Below, piece after piece: positions 35,563 to 45,345 of a DNA stretch of 64,000 nucleotides. The stretch covers positions 6,252-70,251 of the forward strand of contig CALVRH010000003.1 of assembly GCA_944358535.1 (NCBI GenBank). The letters are read 5' to 3'. The notes beneath the pieces were generated by a model. The model was not told the DNA's origin. It did not search any database and saw nothing but the letters and a program-made list of their open reading frames with translations. Both the position numbers and the translations under genes were made by a program. Within the stretch, counting starts at the first letter, position 1; every line of letters starts with the position of its first letter. This DNA is from an uncultured Bacilli bacterium. GTDB lineage: Bacteria; Bacillota_I; Bacilli_A; RF39; UBA660.

Positions 35563-36831
35563 TTATTTGATAATATCAATAATTAATTTTGGCTTATCAA
35601 TTTTTTGATTGGTAAAACTATAGCATGACAAAAACTCTTCATCGGTAATTTGTTTATCATTATATAAAATTTCAGCTAAGGGTTCGTTTTTTTGAACATA
35701 ATCTCCTACTTTATGGTTTAAAATTATACCAACAGTAAGGTCAATTTGATCATCTTTATTTAGTCTACCGGCGCCTATTTTTCGGGCAAGTTTACCGATT
35801 TCTAAGGCATCTATTTTACTAATATAACCTTCATTTTTTGCAAGAATTGTTTTTTTATTTTTTGCTATTTTTATATTTTCAATATTACCGCCTTGAGCTT
35901 GAATCCATTCAAGCATTTTTTGATAACCTTTACCATTATACAAGTTTTCTTTAACTTTTTCTTCGGCTATTTTTTCATCGATGTTTAAGGCCATGTGGGT
36001 CATCAGTCCGCCTAATTTAATGACAAGGTTGGTTAAGTCTTCTGGTCCTTTTCCTTTTAAAGTATTGATGGCTTCGATAACTTCTAGTGAATTGCCAATA
36101 GCATAACCGAGTGGCTCATCCATATTTGTTAAAACGCAGGAGGTTTTTTTATTATTGTTTTTTCCTATTTTAACCATTAAATTAGCTAGCTTTTTAGCTT
36201 CATCTAAACTATTTACTAAAGCTCCACTACCAACTTTTAGGTCAATAACGATATTAGAGGCACCACTAGCTAGTTTTTTGCTCATTATTGATGAGGCAAT
36301 TAATGGTATTGAGTCAACTGTGCCTGTAACGTCTCTTAGGGCATATATTTTTTTATCGGCAGGAACTAAGTTACCCATTTGGCCAACTAATGCAAGACCA
36401 ATTTCATTTACTTGGTTTTTAAATTTATCTAAAGTCATGGATGTTTGAAAGCCTTGAATTGATTCTAATTTATCGATTGTTCCACCTGTATGGCCTAGAC
36501 CACGACCACTCATTTTAGCTATTTTAACTCCTAGTGATGCAACTAACGGAGCAAGAACGATTGTGGTTTTATCACCAACACCTCCAGTTGAATGCTTATC
36601 TGAAAGATTATTAATGCCTAGGTCTAAGGTTTCACCACTATGAAGCATGATGTCTGTCAGGTTTATGGTTTCTTCTTCGGAAAGACCTAAAAGGTCTATT
36701 TCAGTTAAAAAAGCGGACATCTGATAATCTTTTATAGTGCCATTTAAGTAGCCCTCGACAGTATATTTTAATTCTTCTTTAGTGAGTGTTTCTCCTTTTT
36801 CTTTTTTATCAATGATATCTAGTATATTCAT
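35563..36831 (-). CDS. pdp: Pyrimidine-nucleoside phosphorylase
   Basis: DKHSTGGVGDKTT, SGRGLGHTGGTIDKLE. Confidence 0.9.
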   Translation of the reverse strand: MNILDIIDKKEKGETLTKEELKYTVEGYLNGTIKDYQMSAFLTEIDLLGLSEEETINLTDIMLHSGETLDLGINNLSDKHSTGGVGDKTTIVLAPLVASLGVKIAKMSGRGLGHTGGTIDKLESIQGFQTSMTLDKFKNQVNEIGLALVGQMGNLVPADKKIYALRDVTGTVDSIPLIASSIMSKKLASGASNIVIDLKVGSGALVNSLDEAKKLANLMVKIGKNNNKKTSCVLTNMDEPLGYAIGNSLEVIEAINTLKGKGPEDLTNLVIKLGGLMTHMALNIDEKIAEEKVKENLYNGKGYQKMLEWIQAQGGNIENIKIAKNKKTILAKNEGYISKIDALEIGKLARKIGAGRLNKDDQIDLTVGIILNHKVGDYVQKNEPLAEILYNDKQITDEEFLSCYSFTNQKIDKPKLIIDIIK

Positions 36832-36890
36832 ATTTTTCCTCCTTTATTATATTTTACAAGATTTTGGCAAAAAGAAAAATAGTTTTTAGA

Positions 36891-37244
36891 CTATTTTAAA
36901 CGCAAATTAATTAATTTAACTGTTCGTTTTGTGTCATTACAAAGACGTCTATAAAGATTTGGATATAATTTTAATTCATTTAGTATTTGCATGTCTTTAC
37001 TAGAAATTCTGGCTTTATATTCTTCATCTTCGGCAATGATGTCAACTGGTTGGTCGAGTCCTAATAATAGATCTACTGGCAAGTTTAAAACTTTACTTAG
37101 TTTTAATAGATGATCTAAGGTGGGATTACGCCCATCTCGTTCAAAGTAATTTATAGATGATTTAGAAACACCAATTAATTCTCCTAATTCTTTTTGAGTT
37201 AGTCCTTTGTTTTTTCTAGCTTTTTTTATTTCTGTGCCTAACAT
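36891..37244 (-). CDS. XRE-family regulator with C-terminal extension (paralog 1)
   Basis: LTQKELGELIGVSKSSINYFERDGRNPTLDHLLKLSKVL. The C-terminal domain is shared with 37310..37681. Confidence 0.75.
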   Translation of the reverse strand: MLGTEIKKARKNKGLTQKELGELIGVSKSSINYFERDGRNPTLDHLLKLSKVLNLPVDLLLGLDQPVDIIAEDEEYKARISSKDMQILNELKLYPNLYRRLCNDTKRTVKLINLRLK

Positions 37245-37309
37245 TATCCATCACCATACCATGAATTATAACAAGATATGATGTTTATTACAGTTAAATC
37301 CACCTGTAG

Positions 37310-37681
37310 TTAACTATCTATTTCGGGAATAAGTTTTTTAAGATTACTATTTATAAGATGAATATTGCGCTTTGGATTATTTATTAATGCTTTATAAAGA
37401 GTAGGATTATCTTTAATGCATGATAAAATTTTTAAATCTTCTTTAGATAATCTTACTTGATATTCTTCTCCGTCATTAACAGTGATTTCTCTACCTAAAA
37501 CTTCGTCGGCACTTATGTTTAAAATGTCTAGCATTTTTCTGAATACTGGCCAACGAGGAGTTCTTTTATCAGATTCATATTGTGAAATTTCTGCGGCTTT
37601 AATTCCTAGCATATCAGCAAGTTCTTGTTGGGTTAAATTTACTTTCTTTCTGGCTTCTCTTAATCTCTGTCCTGCAACCAT
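37310..37681 (-). CDS. XRE-family regulator with C-terminal extension (paralog 2)
   Basis: LTQQELADMLGIKAAEISQYESDKRTP. The C-terminal LSKEDLKILSCIKDNPTLYKALINNPKRNIHLIN parallels ISSKDMQILNELKLYPNLYRRLCNDTKRTVKLIN in paralog 1. Confidence 0.75.
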   Translation of the reverse strand: MVAGQRLREARKKVNLTQQELADMLGIKAAEISQYESDKRTPRWPVFRKMLDILNISADEVLGREITVNDGEEYQVRLSKEDLKILSCIKDNPTLYKALINNPKRNIHLINSNLKKLIPEIDS

Positions 37682-37820
37682 ATTATCGTTATCCTTTCGT
37701 TAACTAGCATTATAGCAACAATTAGCAAACAATACATCTTTTCTAACTTTATGTTAGTTTTTTCTTGAAATTAACTTCAAGTTAATATATAATGTATTTA
37801 GATTACACAATTATTTTATT

Positions 37821-38042
37821 ATGTGGGAGGTGTCGAAAATGAAAGAATTAAAGGATATGCGTGTAAAAAATAAGTTTACTTGTGAGTATATGGCAAGTCA
37901 CTTAAAAATTAGTAAGCCATTTTACTGGCAAATTGAAAATGGAAAAAGACGCCTTTCTTACAAGATGGCGGTTAAAATTGCGAAGGTATTTGGGTGTAAA
38001 CCCGATGATATTTTCTATAATGAGTTTAAAAATTGCGATTAA
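37821..38042 (+). CDS. Small XRE-family HTH protein
   Basis: FTCEYMASHLKISKPFYWQIENGKRRLSYKMAVKIAKVF. The likely true start is the ATG at 37839 (MKELKD), preceded by GGGAGG. Confidence 0.7.
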   Translation: MWEVSKMKELKDMRVKNKFTCEYMASHLKISKPFYWQIENGKRRLSYKMAVKIAKVFGCKPDDIFYNEFKNCD

Positions 38043-38102
38043 AAAACTGTTTAGATTTAATTTTCTAAAACAGTTTTTGTTATAGGAGTGTACTTTTTGT
38101 TT

Positions 38103-38423
38103 TTATTTTTTTGAGGATAGAAATGTAATTTTATCAACAACTACTTCGGTAATATATTTGCGACCATGTTCGGTATCGTAATTATAAGTTTCAACTCTTC
38201 CTTTAATTCCAACAAGGTCGCCTTTTTTACAATAGTCGCTAGTTCTTTGTGCAATTCCTTGCCAAAGTTTACAATATATGAAATCTGTTTCATATTCACC
38301 AGCTGAATTTTTATAAGCTCTTGGTACTGCTAAAGTCATTTGGACCATTTTTTTGCCTGTTTCTGTTTCAAATAATTCAGGGTCACTGGCTAGACGGCCT
38401 ACTAAAACTATTTGGTTCAACAT
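38103..38423 (-). CDS. ssb: Short single-stranded DNA-binding protein lacking the acidic C-terminal tail (SsbB-like)
   Basis: MLNQIVLVGRLASDPEL...GEYETDFIYCKLWQGIAQ...GDLVGIKGRVETYNY is the OB fold. The 106-aa protein ends without the usual Gly/Gln-rich linker and DDLPF-type tip. Confidence 0.8.
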   Translation of the reverse strand: MLNQIVLVGRLASDPELFETETGKKMVQMTLAVPRAYKNSAGEYETDFIYCKLWQGIAQRTSDYCKKGDLVGIKGRVETYNYDTEHGRKYITEVVVDKITFLSSKK

Positions 38424-38587
38424 AGTTCCCTCCTTTCGCTTTGGTACTATACTAGGTATTTATTTTAAAAGCAAAAGTCTAAAATGGGAATTTTGGTAGT
38501 TTTTATTTTTTAATTTTGTTAAATCTGCTTAGCAAATTTTGGGATTTTAGAGGAAAAAACATTTACAAAATAAAAAAACACAAGTTT

Positions 38588-38926
38588 TTAACATTTTAGT
38601 TCAACTTGTGTTTTTTTTGCTTTTCCAGTTTTATAATCGATAGTAACATTAGCGAATGTTTTTGTTTTATCACATTTTTCTAAACCTTTTAAATCATATT
38701 CTTCACCATTTTGATTAGCGGTTTCTAAGTCTTCTAAAGTGACTTTATAACTATTGGCACTATCGTTAGCACTGACATATTTTTCAAAGTAATCGCGGCT
38801 AGCAGTATCTATTTTATTTTCTAATTCATTAGTTTCACTTTTTGTGGTTTGGAAATAGAAATAACTAGCTATAGCAGCGGCTACAATTAAAATTAATACA
38901 ATTATAACAAATATTTTCTTTTTCAT
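38588..38926 (-). CDS. Small membrane-anchored protein, last gene of the suf-like operon
   Basis: 112 aa with an N-terminal TM. It starts 15 nt after the sufB stop. Function unknown. Confidence 0.4.
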   Translation of the reverse strand: MKKKIFVIIVLILIVAAAIASYFYFQTTKSETNELENKIDTASRDYFEKYVSANDSANSYKVTLEDLETANQNGEEYDLKGLEKCDKTKTFANVTIDYKTGKAKKTQVELKC

Positions 38927-38941
38927 TTTTATCCCCTTCTA

Positions 38942-40264
38942 CTAAAAATAATTTTTTAATAATGCGTTTAGTTCAACAGCATATTCCATTGGTAAGTTTT
39001 CTCTAAATTCATCGATAAAACCGATAATTAAAAGTTCTTTAGCTTTTTCTTCATCTAAGCCCCTACTCATCAGATAAAATAATTTTTCTTCATCTAGTTT
39101 GGAAACTGTGGCCTCATGTTCTAAATATGATGAGGAGTTTTCGACGATGTTTTTTGGAATGGTATCACTTTTAGATTTATTATCTAATATAATAGTATCA
39201 CATTTTATGATACTTTTAGAGTTAATTGCTTCTTTGGCAATTTTAACAGTACCTCGGTAGTTACTGATACCACCATTTGCGGCAATTGATTTACTGATGA
39301 TATTGCTAGTAGTATTAGGAGCAAGATGGATCATTTTTGCTCCAGCATCTTGAATTTGGTCTTTAGAGGCAACAGCTACTGAAATACAATTACCACTAGC
39401 GTTCTTTCCTTTTAAAATACATGATGGATATTTCATATTTGTTTTAGAGCCAATATTTCCATCGATCCATTCCATGGTGCCATTTTCTTCAACAATGGCT
39501 CTTTTGGTTACTAGGTTATAGATATTATTAGCCCAATTTTGAATTGTGGTATATCTACAGCTTGCGTTTTTACCGACATATATTTCAACGACGGCGGCGT
39601 GTAATGAGCTAGATGTATGATATACAGCAGTGCATCCTTCCATATAGTGGATATGACTATCGTCGTCAACAATGATTAGAGTTCTTTCAAATTGACCCAT
39701 GTTTTTGGTATTTAGTCTAAAGTAGCTTTGAAGCGGCCTATCTATGGTAACACCTTTAGGAACATAGATAAAAGTCCCGCCACTCCAGACAGCTCCATTT
39801 AAAGCAGTGTATTTATTTTCATCGTATTTTACTAGATGGTTAAAGTATTTTTTGAATAGTTCTGGATGGTTTTTTAAAGCATCATCAGTACTACAAAAGA
39901 TAACGCCTTTTTCCTCTAGTTCTTTAATCATACTATGATAAACAACTTCACTTTCATACTGAGCTCCGACACCATTTAGGTATTTTTTTTCGGCATCAAT
40001 TAAGCCAACCTTTTCAAAGGTGTCTTTGACTTGACAAGCGACATTATTCCAATTTGATTCTACTTTATCTGTAACTTTTTTATAATAATTTATTTTATCG
40101 AAATCTATTTTTAACTCTGGACCAAAGTTTGGATTTGAAATTGTTCTAAATGCTTGATATGATTTTAGGCGAAATTCTGTCATCCATTTGGGCTCGTGTT
40201 TTTGTTTAGATATTTCGATTATTTTATTTTCGTCTAAACCCAGTTCTTTACTCACGCTTATCAC
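38942..40264 (-). CDS. sufB: Fe-S cluster assembly scaffold SufB
   Basis: [11 protein letters not shown], the [15 protein letters not shown] beta-helix repeats, and C-terminal [22 protein letters not shown]. Confidence 0.9.
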   Translation of the reverse strand: MISVSKELGLDENKIIEISKQKHEPKWMTEFRLKSYQAFRTISNPNFGPELKIDFDKINYYKKVTDKVESNWNNVACQVKDTFEKVGLIDAEKKYLNGVGAQYESEVVYHSMIKELEEKGVIFCSTDDALKNHPELFKKYFNHLVKYDENKYTALNGAVWSGGTFIYVPKGVTIDRPLQSYFRLNTKNMGQFERTLIIVDDDSHIHYMEGCTAVYHTSSSLHAAVVEIYVGKNASCRYTTIQNWANNIYNLVTKRAIVEENGTMEWIDGNIGSKTNMKYPSCILKGKNASGNCISVAVASKDQIQDAGAKMIHLAPNTTSNIISKSIAANGGISNYRGTVKIAKEAINSKSIIKCDTIILDNKSKSDTIPKNIVENSSSYLEHEATVSKLDEEKLFYLMSRGLDEEKAKELLIIGFIDEFRENLPMEYAVELNALLKNYF

Positions 40265-40302
40265 CTATTAACATTATACTAGATTTTGCCAAAAATAAAA
40301 AG

Positions 40303-40773
40303 CTATTTTTCATTAGCTTTTAATTGATTTAATATTTTTTCAATACCCCACCATGAAAGTAAGGCACATTTTTTACGGTTAGGATTTTTATAAATATCAT
40401 CGTAAACGATGGCTTCTTCTAAAATTTCTTTATCATATGGTTTTTCATCTAGCATGTTTAGAAAGTTTTCTAGGATAGTTTCGGCTTCTTTGACCGTTTT
40501 TCCGATTAAAGTAGTTGTCATTATTGATGCGGATGAGATACATATGGCGCAGGCTTCACCATCAAATCTAATATCTTTAATGATGTCATCTTCGATTTTT
40601 ACCTCAAGATTTAATTCATCAATACAGCTTTCATTATTCATATTGGTTTTTAGGTATGAATCGTCGTTTAATAGTCCTTTGTTTTTTGGATTTTGATAAT
40701 TTTCTAAAATGATTTCTCTTTTTATGTTATTATCCATTAATATCACCTTCAATTTCTCCATATACAGTTTCAT
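40303..40773 (-). CDS. sufU: SufU/IscU-type Fe-S sulfur-transfer/scaffold protein
   Basis: ILENYQNPKNKG, DGEACAICISSASIM, NRKKCALLSW. The likely true start is the ATG at 40737 (MDNNIKREI), which overlaps the upstream stop in ATGGATAA. Confidence 0.8.
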   Translation of the reverse strand: MKLYMEKLKVILMDNNIKREIILENYQNPKNKGLLNDDSYLKTNMNNESCIDELNLEVKIEDDIIKDIRFDGEACAICISSASIMTTTLIGKTVKEAETILENFLNMLDEKPYDKEILEEAIVYDDIYKNPNRKKCALLSWWGIEKILNQLKANEK

Positions 40774-41419
40774 CTAATTCAAAGTAAAAGTTTCTTAGTT
40801 CTTCAAAGGAACAAAAGAAAATTGTTGGAAGGTTTAATGTGGCTTTTTCTTTTAATGTTTTGATGACATCGCTGATGTTGTCGGCTTTTTTTGTGTTTAT
40901 TTTGTTTATTTGTTTATCTTTATAAATAGATATGCCACATTTACCTTGACTATATAGGGTTTCATTTGTAGCAAATAAGATATCGGCTGAGGTAATGTTA
41001 TTTATTATTTTAGCAATATTATATATGGTATTCATAAGGGTTAAGTTATGAGTTTGTTTTTCAATTTTAGTTTCTTCAACTATTTCTTTTATTCGCGTAA
41101 ATAGTTGGTCATCGTCTTTGCTTTCACAAGATAATTCGGCAAATATTTTACCATGATGTGATCTGATATTAAATTCACAATCAGGCACTTCTAAGGTAAG
41201 ATCAATTAATCTACCGATAGTATTTAAATGAGCATGGTCTAAGGCTAAGATGATATAGGCTACTTTATTTTTACCATGTCCTTTACTAGCTAAGGTGGGC
41301 ATGATTCCATTGTTATAACACGTATGAAGTAATAATTCTAAAGAACGTGAGTCTTCGGCCATATCGTGAAAATAGATTGATCTTTCTTGATCATTTTCAA
41401 GATTTACATTTTTAATCAT
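40730..41419 (-). CDS. Uncharacterised Cys/His-containing protein, first gene of the sufU-sufB operon
   Basis: 229-aa ORF with no Walker motif and no PLP lysine context, so it is neither SufC, SufD nor SufS by eye. It is translationally coupled to sufU. Confidence 0.45.
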   Translation of the reverse strand: MIKNVNLENDQERSIYFHDMAEDSRSLELLLHTCYNNGIMPTLASKGHGKNKVAYIILALDHAHLNTIGRLIDLTLEVPDCEFNIRSHHGKIFAELSCESKDDDQLFTRIKEIVEETKIEKQTHNLTLMNTIYNIAKIINNITSADILFATNETLYSQGKCGISIYKDKQINKINTKKADNISDVIKTLKEKATLNLPTIFFCSFEELRNFYFELDETVYGEIEGDING

Positions 41420-41526
41420 ATGGACTCTCCTTTTTTTATAAATGGTATATTTATTTTGTACAATATTGGTTACTGGAATATTTTAAGTTTATCCTCATAT
41501 ATTTAAGTATAAAGGAGGAAATAAAC

Positions 41527-41787
41527 ATGGAAACACTTAAAGTACGGGCTAAAAGTAATCCTAATTCAGTAGCTGGAGCTTTAGCTAATGTTTTTCGCGA
41601 GAAAGGAACTGTTGAAATTCAAGCAATTGGAGCTGGAGCTTTGAATCAAGCGATTAAGGCGGTCGCAATTGCGAGGGGGTTTGTGGCTCCTAGCGGAAAA
41701 AATTTAATATGCATTCCGGCATTTACCGATATTATTATCGACGGTGAGGAGCGAACAGCTATTAAACTGATTGTCGAATCAAGATAG
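41527..41787 (+). CDS. spoVS: Stage V sporulation protein S
   Basis: Near-identical in layout to B. subtilis SpoVS: LKVRAKSNPNSVAGALANV...EIQAIGAGALNQAIKAVAIARGFVAPSG..LICIPAFTDI.IDGEERTAIKLIV. Confidence 0.9.
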   Translation: METLKVRAKSNPNSVAGALANVFREKGTVEIQAIGAGALNQAIKAVAIARGFVAPSGKNLICIPAFTDIIIDGEERTAIKLIVESR

Positions 41788-41804
41788 GTCAACTATCTTT
41801 TTTC
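41781..41804 (+). terminator. Intrinsic terminator of spoVS
   Basis: AAGATAG / CTATCTT 7-bp stem with a 5-nt loop, followed by a T-run. It overlaps the stop codon. Confidence 0.6.
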
Positions 41805-41870
41805 TATATCAAGTATACCATATTTTGACTTTGATGAGTGATATTACGACAAATGTTGACACAATTTTAT
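41805..41870. repeat. Copy A of a repeated 66-nt intergenic element
   Basis: Ungapped alignment with 47071..47136 gives 51/66 identical by my count. It starts TATATCAAGTATA and ends ATTTTAT. Both copies are preceded by a T-run. Confidence 0.6.
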
Positions 41871-41928
41871 TTTTTTATTATTCATGTTTTCCTTGGTATG
41901 ATATAATTTAAGAAGAATGGTGAGGTGA

Positions 41929-43110
41929 ATGTGGATGAAAAGCAAGGTTTCAAAGTTTGGAGTATTGTTTACAATTTTGTTTAATGTAGTTATGGTAGTG
42001 TTTATAATATTTAGTGTTTTGTTTATGAGAAGTCAGTTACCTAAGGTAATAAGTGTTGATGATTTTACTATTTATATGAAAAGTAAGGGATGTGTGCTTA
42101 CAGATTTACAGGCTGAGAAAAAATATGATGGTGTAGATTCATTTTTGGTTAGTAATGTCGAAAGTTGTCCTTATTTAGTTAGTTATACAATTTTTAATGA
42201 TGATTATGTTCGCGATGATTATTTTAAGCAAACTAGAGATGATGTTTTAAATAATAATCAAAATGTAAAATTAACTGAGCGTTCACAGATTAATGTGTTT
42301 TCTAAGTTTTATGAGTATTTGACTAGCGGAGATTATTACAAGGTAGTGACACTTAATGGTGATTCTGTTTTATATATATCTGGTAATGATACACAAAAAG
42401 ATGAGATTGATGAGCTTTTGGATAATTTTGGATACAGATATGTTCCCCATGAGAATTTAATTTTAATTATTTGTAGTTTTGCTATTTTGAGTTATATATT
42501 TTATGCGGTTTGTTTATGGGGTACTTTTAAAAAGACTGGACGAAATAAGAACGCCGCACTTATTCCTATTTATAATACAGTTTGTTTAGCTAAGGATGTT
42601 CTTGGAAGTGGCTGGTATGCAATACTATTTTATATTGTACCGTTTGTGAATGTAATATTTTCTTTTGTACTTTTCTATATGCTTGGAAAAAGGTTTGGAA
42701 AAAATACTGGATACTCAATACTGCTTATGTTACTACCGATGATTTTTTGGCCACTACTTGCATTTGATAATTCTAGGTATTCTAAGTATGAAAAGACTAA
42801 AGTAAATGTTCAAAAGAAATCTTCATCTAAAGTTATCAAGGAAGATAGCAAGGGTGTTAGGGTTTTTAAGTGGATATTGACTGGTTTTTTACTTTTTATA
42901 AGTTTGATATTTATATTAGTTTATATAGATGATACAAAACTAATTAGTTATTTGGCCTCAGGGGGTATGTTTTTCATTTATGCGTTACTTGCCTGCCCTA
43001 CTATTACAAGCTATACGAGAAGGTTTAAAACTTATATGAATTTTAAGTCGTTTATAATTATGATTTTAGCGTTTATTAATTTAATTTTAGTTTGCGCACT
43101 TCCATATTAA
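41929..43110 (+). CDS. Polytopic membrane protein with a DUF5684-like central segment
   Basis: AALIPIYNTVCLAKDVLGSGWYAILFYIVPFVNVIFSFVLFYMLGKRFGKNTGYSILLMLLPMIFWPLLAF resembles the DUF5684 repeat. The call is low-resolution. Confidence 0.45.
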   Translation: MWMKSKVSKFGVLFTILFNVVMVVFIIFSVLFMRSQLPKVISVDDFTIYMKSKGCVLTDLQAEKKYDGVDSFLVSNVESCPYLVSYTIFNDDYVRDDYFKQTRDDVLNNNQNVKLTERSQINVFSKFYEYLTSGDYYKVVTLNGDSVLYISGNDTQKDEIDELLDNFGYRYVPHENLILIICSFAILSYIFYAVCLWGTFKKTGRNKNAALIPIYNTVCLAKDVLGSGWYAILFYIVPFVNVIFSFVLFYMLGKRFGKNTGYSILLMLLPMIFWPLLAFDNSRYSKYEKTKVNVQKKSSSKVIKEDSKGVRVFKWILTGFLLFISLIFILVYIDDTKLISYLASGGMFFIYALLACPTITSYTRRFKTYMNFKSFIIMILAFINLILVCALPY

Positions 43111-43138
43111 AACAATCACTTTGATGATTGTTTTTTCA

Positions 43139-45337
43139 TTATTTTTTTAATCTTAAGGTGTTTAAAATAACAGTGATACTACTACATACCATTGCTAAAC
43201 TTGCAATCATAGGTGTTATGGATATACCTATTGGTTTTAACAAACCTATGGCAACAGGAATCATAATAAGGTTATAGAAAAAAGCCCAAAATAAATTTTG
43301 TTTGATAATTTTAAATGTTTTTTTACTTATATTTATTAGTTTTAAAATACTATTTAAATTATTTTGAGTTAAGATAACGTCTGATGAATCCATGGCGATG
43401 TCGGTAGCACCACTGATACTAACACCAATATCGCTTAAAGACAAAGCTGGTGAATCGTTGATACCATCGCCACACATCATAACGTATTTGTTTTCGTTTT
43501 TTAATTTTTTTATGACTTCGGCTTTTTCGGAAGGTATAACGTTACTATAAACTATGGTTATGCCTAGTTCTTCAGCAATTTTATTAGCTGCTTTTTCATT
43601 ATCTCCAGTGAGCATAACGGTCGTAATGTCCTGTTCTTGCAATTCTTTAATTACATTTTTGACGTTTTCTCTAATGATATCGCAGGCTCCGATTAAAGCA
43701 ATAATTTCATTATTCTTTATAACATATATTATTGAATTACCATTTGAAGATAAGGTATTTTCATCACCTGTGTGATTGTTTTCGATGTTATATTTATCTA
43801 ATAATTTAGAGTTACCAAGCATTATTTCTTCGTTTGCTACTTTGCCTTTAATACCAAAACCTGGAATGTTTTCAAAGTCCGATACTTCTAATTGGGTTAC
43901 ATTATTTTCAGACATATAACCTTCAAAAGCTTTACTGATTGGATGGCTTGACTTAGCCTCGAGACTAGCGGCTAACTGCAATAATTTTTGGTCCTCTAAA
44001 TTACTATAGTTTATAACTTTAGCAATTTTTAATTTGCCATAGGTTAAAGTTCCGGTTTTATCAAATACTATAGTATCGACCTTTTGAATATTTTCTAGTA
44101 TTTCACTTTTCTTAATTAGAATTCCCTCTTTAGCACACTTTCCCTCACTTACAACGATTGCTAGGGGTGTGGCCAATCCTAAACTACAAGGACAAGCGAT
44201 AACTAAAATGGTAACAAATGTTATTAATGACTCACTTAAGTCTTTAGTTATAAGTAAATATAATATTAAAGTGATGATGGCAATTAAGATAACGATTGGA
44301 ACAAAGATTCCAGATACTTTATCGGCTATTTTAGAAATGGGTGCTTTAGTATTACTAGCTTCAATAACTAATCTAACAATTTCAGATATAGTGGAATCTT
44401 TACCAATTTTTTCAGCTTGATATTCGATGTATCCATCATAGTTCATACTACCAGCTAATACTTTAGATTCTATATTTTTATTTACGGGTTTACTTTCACC
44501 TGTTATAAATGATTCATCAAAATGAGCTGAACCTAATGTTATTTCACCATCGACAGCTATTTTTTCACCGGCTTTACAAATGACAATATCCCCTTTTTTG
44601 ATTTCATCTAAAGTTACTTCTTTATAAGTATTTTCTTTTTTGATGGTGGCTTTGGTTGGAGTTATGGTTACTAGTTTACTGATAGCTTCTTTTGTTTTAT
44701 CTTTACTAGCGCCATCGATGAATCTACCTAATTTTATAAAGTAAATAACAATAGCCGATGATTCAAAGTATAAATTCATTACAGCGTCATGATTACCTTT
44801 GAAAACTAAGTACATATTATAAAGACTATATAAGAAACTCGTTATAACACCAATTCCAACTAAAGTATCCATGTTTGGAGTTTTGTGGATTAGGTTTTTA
44901 TAACCATTTTTGATAATATCAAATCCATAAATTAAGAAGGATATAGTTAGTAAAAGTAAAGTAATCATATATGGGTATATGTGTTTATGCGGATCTAAAT
45001 AAGGAATGGAGGGTAGGTTTAACATATGACTCATAGAGATATAGATTAGAATTATAGCTAGAATGGTAAAGATGATTAATTTTGTTTTTTCATTTTTACT
45101 TTTAGTTTTTAATTTTATTTCTTTAAATTCACCTAGACTTTTGAAGCCAGCTTTTTTGACAAATGTTTCTAGTTTTGGAATATCTAATATTTTTTCATCA
45201 TAATCAATGGTAGCACTTGCCATAACTAAGTTAACTGAGGCATTATAGATACCGTTTTGTTTATTTAGATATTTTTCTAGGCCATTTGAACAAGCTGAGC
45301 AAGTCATGCCATCGATAGATAAAATTATTCTTTTCAT
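43139..45337 (-). CDS. copA: Copper-translocating P1B-type ATPase
   Basis: N-terminal HMA GMTCSACSNGLEK, TM CPC (IACPCSLGLATP), DKTGTLT, GDGINDSPAL. Confidence 0.9.
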   Translation of the reverse strand: MKRIILSIDGMTCSACSNGLEKYLNKQNGIYNASVNLVMASATIDYDEKILDIPKLETFVKKAGFKSLGEFKEIKLKTKSKNEKTKLIIFTILAIILIYISMSHMLNLPSIPYLDPHKHIYPYMITLLLLTISFLIYGFDIIKNGYKNLIHKTPNMDTLVGIGVITSFLYSLYNMYLVFKGNHDAVMNLYFESSAIVIYFIKLGRFIDGASKDKTKEAISKLVTITPTKATIKKENTYKEVTLDEIKKGDIVICKAGEKIAVDGEITLGSAHFDESFITGESKPVNKNIESKVLAGSMNYDGYIEYQAEKIGKDSTISEIVRLVIEASNTKAPISKIADKVSGIFVPIVILIAIITLILYLLITKDLSESLITFVTILVIACPCSLGLATPLAIVVSEGKCAKEGILIKKSEILENIQKVDTIVFDKTGTLTYGKLKIAKVINYSNLEDQKLLQLAASLEAKSSHPISKAFEGYMSENNVTQLEVSDFENIPGFGIKGKVANEEIMLGNSKLLDKYNIENNHTGDENTLSSNGNSIIYVIKNNEIIALIGACDIIRENVKNVIKELQEQDITTVMLTGDNEKAANKIAEELGITIVYSNVIPSEKAEVIKKLKNENKYVMMCGDGINDSPALSLSDIGVSISGATDIAMDSSDVILTQNNLNSILKLINISKKTFKIIKQNLFWAFFYNLIMIPVAIGLLKPIGISITPMIASLAMVCSSITVILNTLRLKK

Positions 45338-45345
45338 AATTTCAC

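Noticed and set aside
41834-41911. Short ORFs inside the repeated 66-nt element (41834..41911, 25 aa, and 47100..47150, 16 aa) with similar peptides
   Set aside because: There is no Shine-Dalgarno in either copy. The substitutions are not biased to third positions, and the peptides differ in length. The similarity follows from the DNA repeat itself.
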